NCBI GenBank assembly: GCA_965237955.1
Contig: OZ250169.1
Coordinates: 4,384,001-4,448,000, forward strand
Direction of reading: 5' to 3'
Length of the DNA stretch: 64,000 nucleotides
From: Candidatus Marinacidobacterales bacterium
GTDB lineage: Bacteria > Acidobacteriota > Vicinamibacteria > Marinacidobacterales > SMYC01
The translations under genes and the position numbers were made by a program. The notes beneath the pieces were generated by a model, which worked only from the letters and a program-made list of their open reading frames with translations, had not been told where the DNA came from and ran no database searches. Numbering within the stretch: the stretch's first letter is position 1; each line of letters starts with the position of its first letter. Positions 62,887 through 64,000 of this stretch are shown here, in pieces.

Positions 62887-62949
62887 GTCGCCGTAGCACG
62901 CGCCGTCGGCGGCGACCCGTCGATTGTGCTCGCGGATGAGCCGACCGGA
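62887..62949 (+). pseudogene. Tiny remnant of a LolD/MacB-type ABC ATPase
   Basis: Reads VAVARAVGGDPSIVLADEPTG with no flanking ORF context. Confidence 0.7.
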
Positions 62950-62974
62950 AGAGGCACCAAGAATGTCGCCGGAT

Positions 62975-63023
62975 CGAAAGACGCGAACCCGCGCCGGAGG
63001 CGCCCACTTCGCGACTTTGCGTT
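62975..63023. repeat. Degenerate copy of the 8-bp-unit inverted array
   Basis: CGAAAGACGCGAA ... CTTCGCGACTTTGCGTT then a T-run, between convergent genes. Confidence 0.5.
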
Positions 63024-63070
63024 GTTTTTTTCTTTCCCGGAAAACAAGCTTTTCGGGCGTGGTGCAAAGC

Positions 63071-63577
63071 TCACGGAGCCCGCTCGTAGGCTAAGGCTTC
63101 CCGCACCTGTCGTGCGAGATCAGCGGGGATCCGCTCGGCGTCTTCCTCGTCGTAGAAGAACTCGTCGGCCCAAATGCGTGGCTGGTCGCCTGGTTTCACG
63201 AAATACGCCTGCAGCCGTAGTTGGCCCTGATAGCGCTCCACACTCCCCGCGAGCACGTAGTCGACGCCGAGCTCCTCCGCGATCGCGCGAGCGCCGCCAG
63301 GAATACCAAGGTAGTCGAGCGCGGTAGCACGCGGGACGACATCGAAACTCCCGAGCTCCATAAGCGCTTCGGTAATCGCCACCGTGGTATTCGACGCGAT
63401 GAGCTCGAGATCGTCGGCGCCGTCGAGGTTCCCGAACGGCAGGACGGCAACAGACGGGCTCGCGCTAGGGCTCTGGGGCTTGAGTCGCACCACAGGCTTT
63501 CCGAAGTACGCAATCGTCGCCAGCACGGCTCCGAATGCGACGATGGCGACGACGACTTTCTTCCCCGAAGAATCCAT
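63071..63577 (-). CDS. Small membrane-anchored TolB-like/FlgO domain protein
   Basis: TM helix then SVAVLPFGNL, ELGVDYVLAGSVER, IWADEF. Confidence 0.75.
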   Translation of the reverse strand: MDSSGKKVVVAIVAFGAVLATIAYFGKPVVRLKPQSPSASPSVAVLPFGNLDGADDLELIASNTTVAITEALMELGSFDVVPRATALDYLGIPGGARAIAEELGVDYVLAGSVERYQGQLRLQAYFVKPGDQPRIWADEFFYDEEDAERIPADLARQVREALAYERAP

Positions 63578-63617
63578 AGTTTGACCGATTCGGCCGAAGC
63601 GGTAATCATACTTGGTC

Positions 63618-64000
63618 ATGAAATCACTTGTTCTCGTCAAGTACGTCCCCGACGCCAACTCCGTGTTCCGCATCAATGCCGAAGGGACTTGGGTGGACAC
63701 GTCGAGCCTGTCGTATGCAGTCAACGACTACGATCGCTACGCCCTCGAAGAGCTTCTCGCGCTCAAGGACGCCGGGAAAGTCGAAGAGGTCGTTGCTCTG
63801 ACAATAGGCCCCAAAGACGCGAGCTCCGCGCTCCGCACCTGTCTCGCGACCGGCGCCGATCGCGCCATCCACGTCAACGACGACGCTCTCACTGGATGCG
63901 ATCCGCTGTCGCTCGCTCGCGTCATCCATGCCGCCATCAAAGACGAAGGGTTCTCGCTGATTCTCGCCGGCCTTCAGGCCGACGACGACAACCACACGCA
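63618..64000 (+). CDS. etfB: Electron transfer flavoprotein beta subunit, runs off window
   Basis: Own translation: MKSLVLVKYVPD...VNDYDRYALEE...TIGP...LATGADRAIHV...ILAGLQADD. Confidence 0.93.
   Translation, partial: MKSLVLVKYVPDANSVFRINAEGTWVDTSSLSYAVNDYDRYALEELLALKDAGKVEEVVALTIGPKDASSALRTCLATGADRAIHVNDDALTGCDPLSLARVIHAAIKDEGFSLILAGLQADDDNHT

Overview
GC-rich bacterial chromosomal window. Acidobacteriota is inferred from an ADOP-type permease remnant, GTRLGPYEI-type Ser/Thr kinase remnants and TolB-like/TPR proteins. Intact housekeeping genes include hsp20-lon, a UvrD-like helicase, xni, an M28 peptidase, MoxR, a TIGR03960-type radical SAM fusion, tkt, Crp, three c-di-GMP enzymes, a TatT/DctP/DctQM TRAP system and etfB. 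These are interleaved with many mobile elements: two near-identical IS5/IS903-group copies, an ISL3, an IS630 remnant abutting a MITE, and an IS1182 with a nested IS3. About ten genes are collapsed or frameshifted, which suggests ongoing genome erosion. The best candidate for an undescribed system is at about 39.3-46.4 kb: a type III PKS / methyltransferase / ACP / fatty acyl-AMP ligase operon headed by an ABC permease and a LolA-like protein. It is transcribed divergently from an Fe-S-type Rrf2 regulator that is translationally coupled to an atypical sigma-70 factor. No CRISPR array, tRNA or rRNA was recognised. All product calls come from motif recognition by eye, not database searches.
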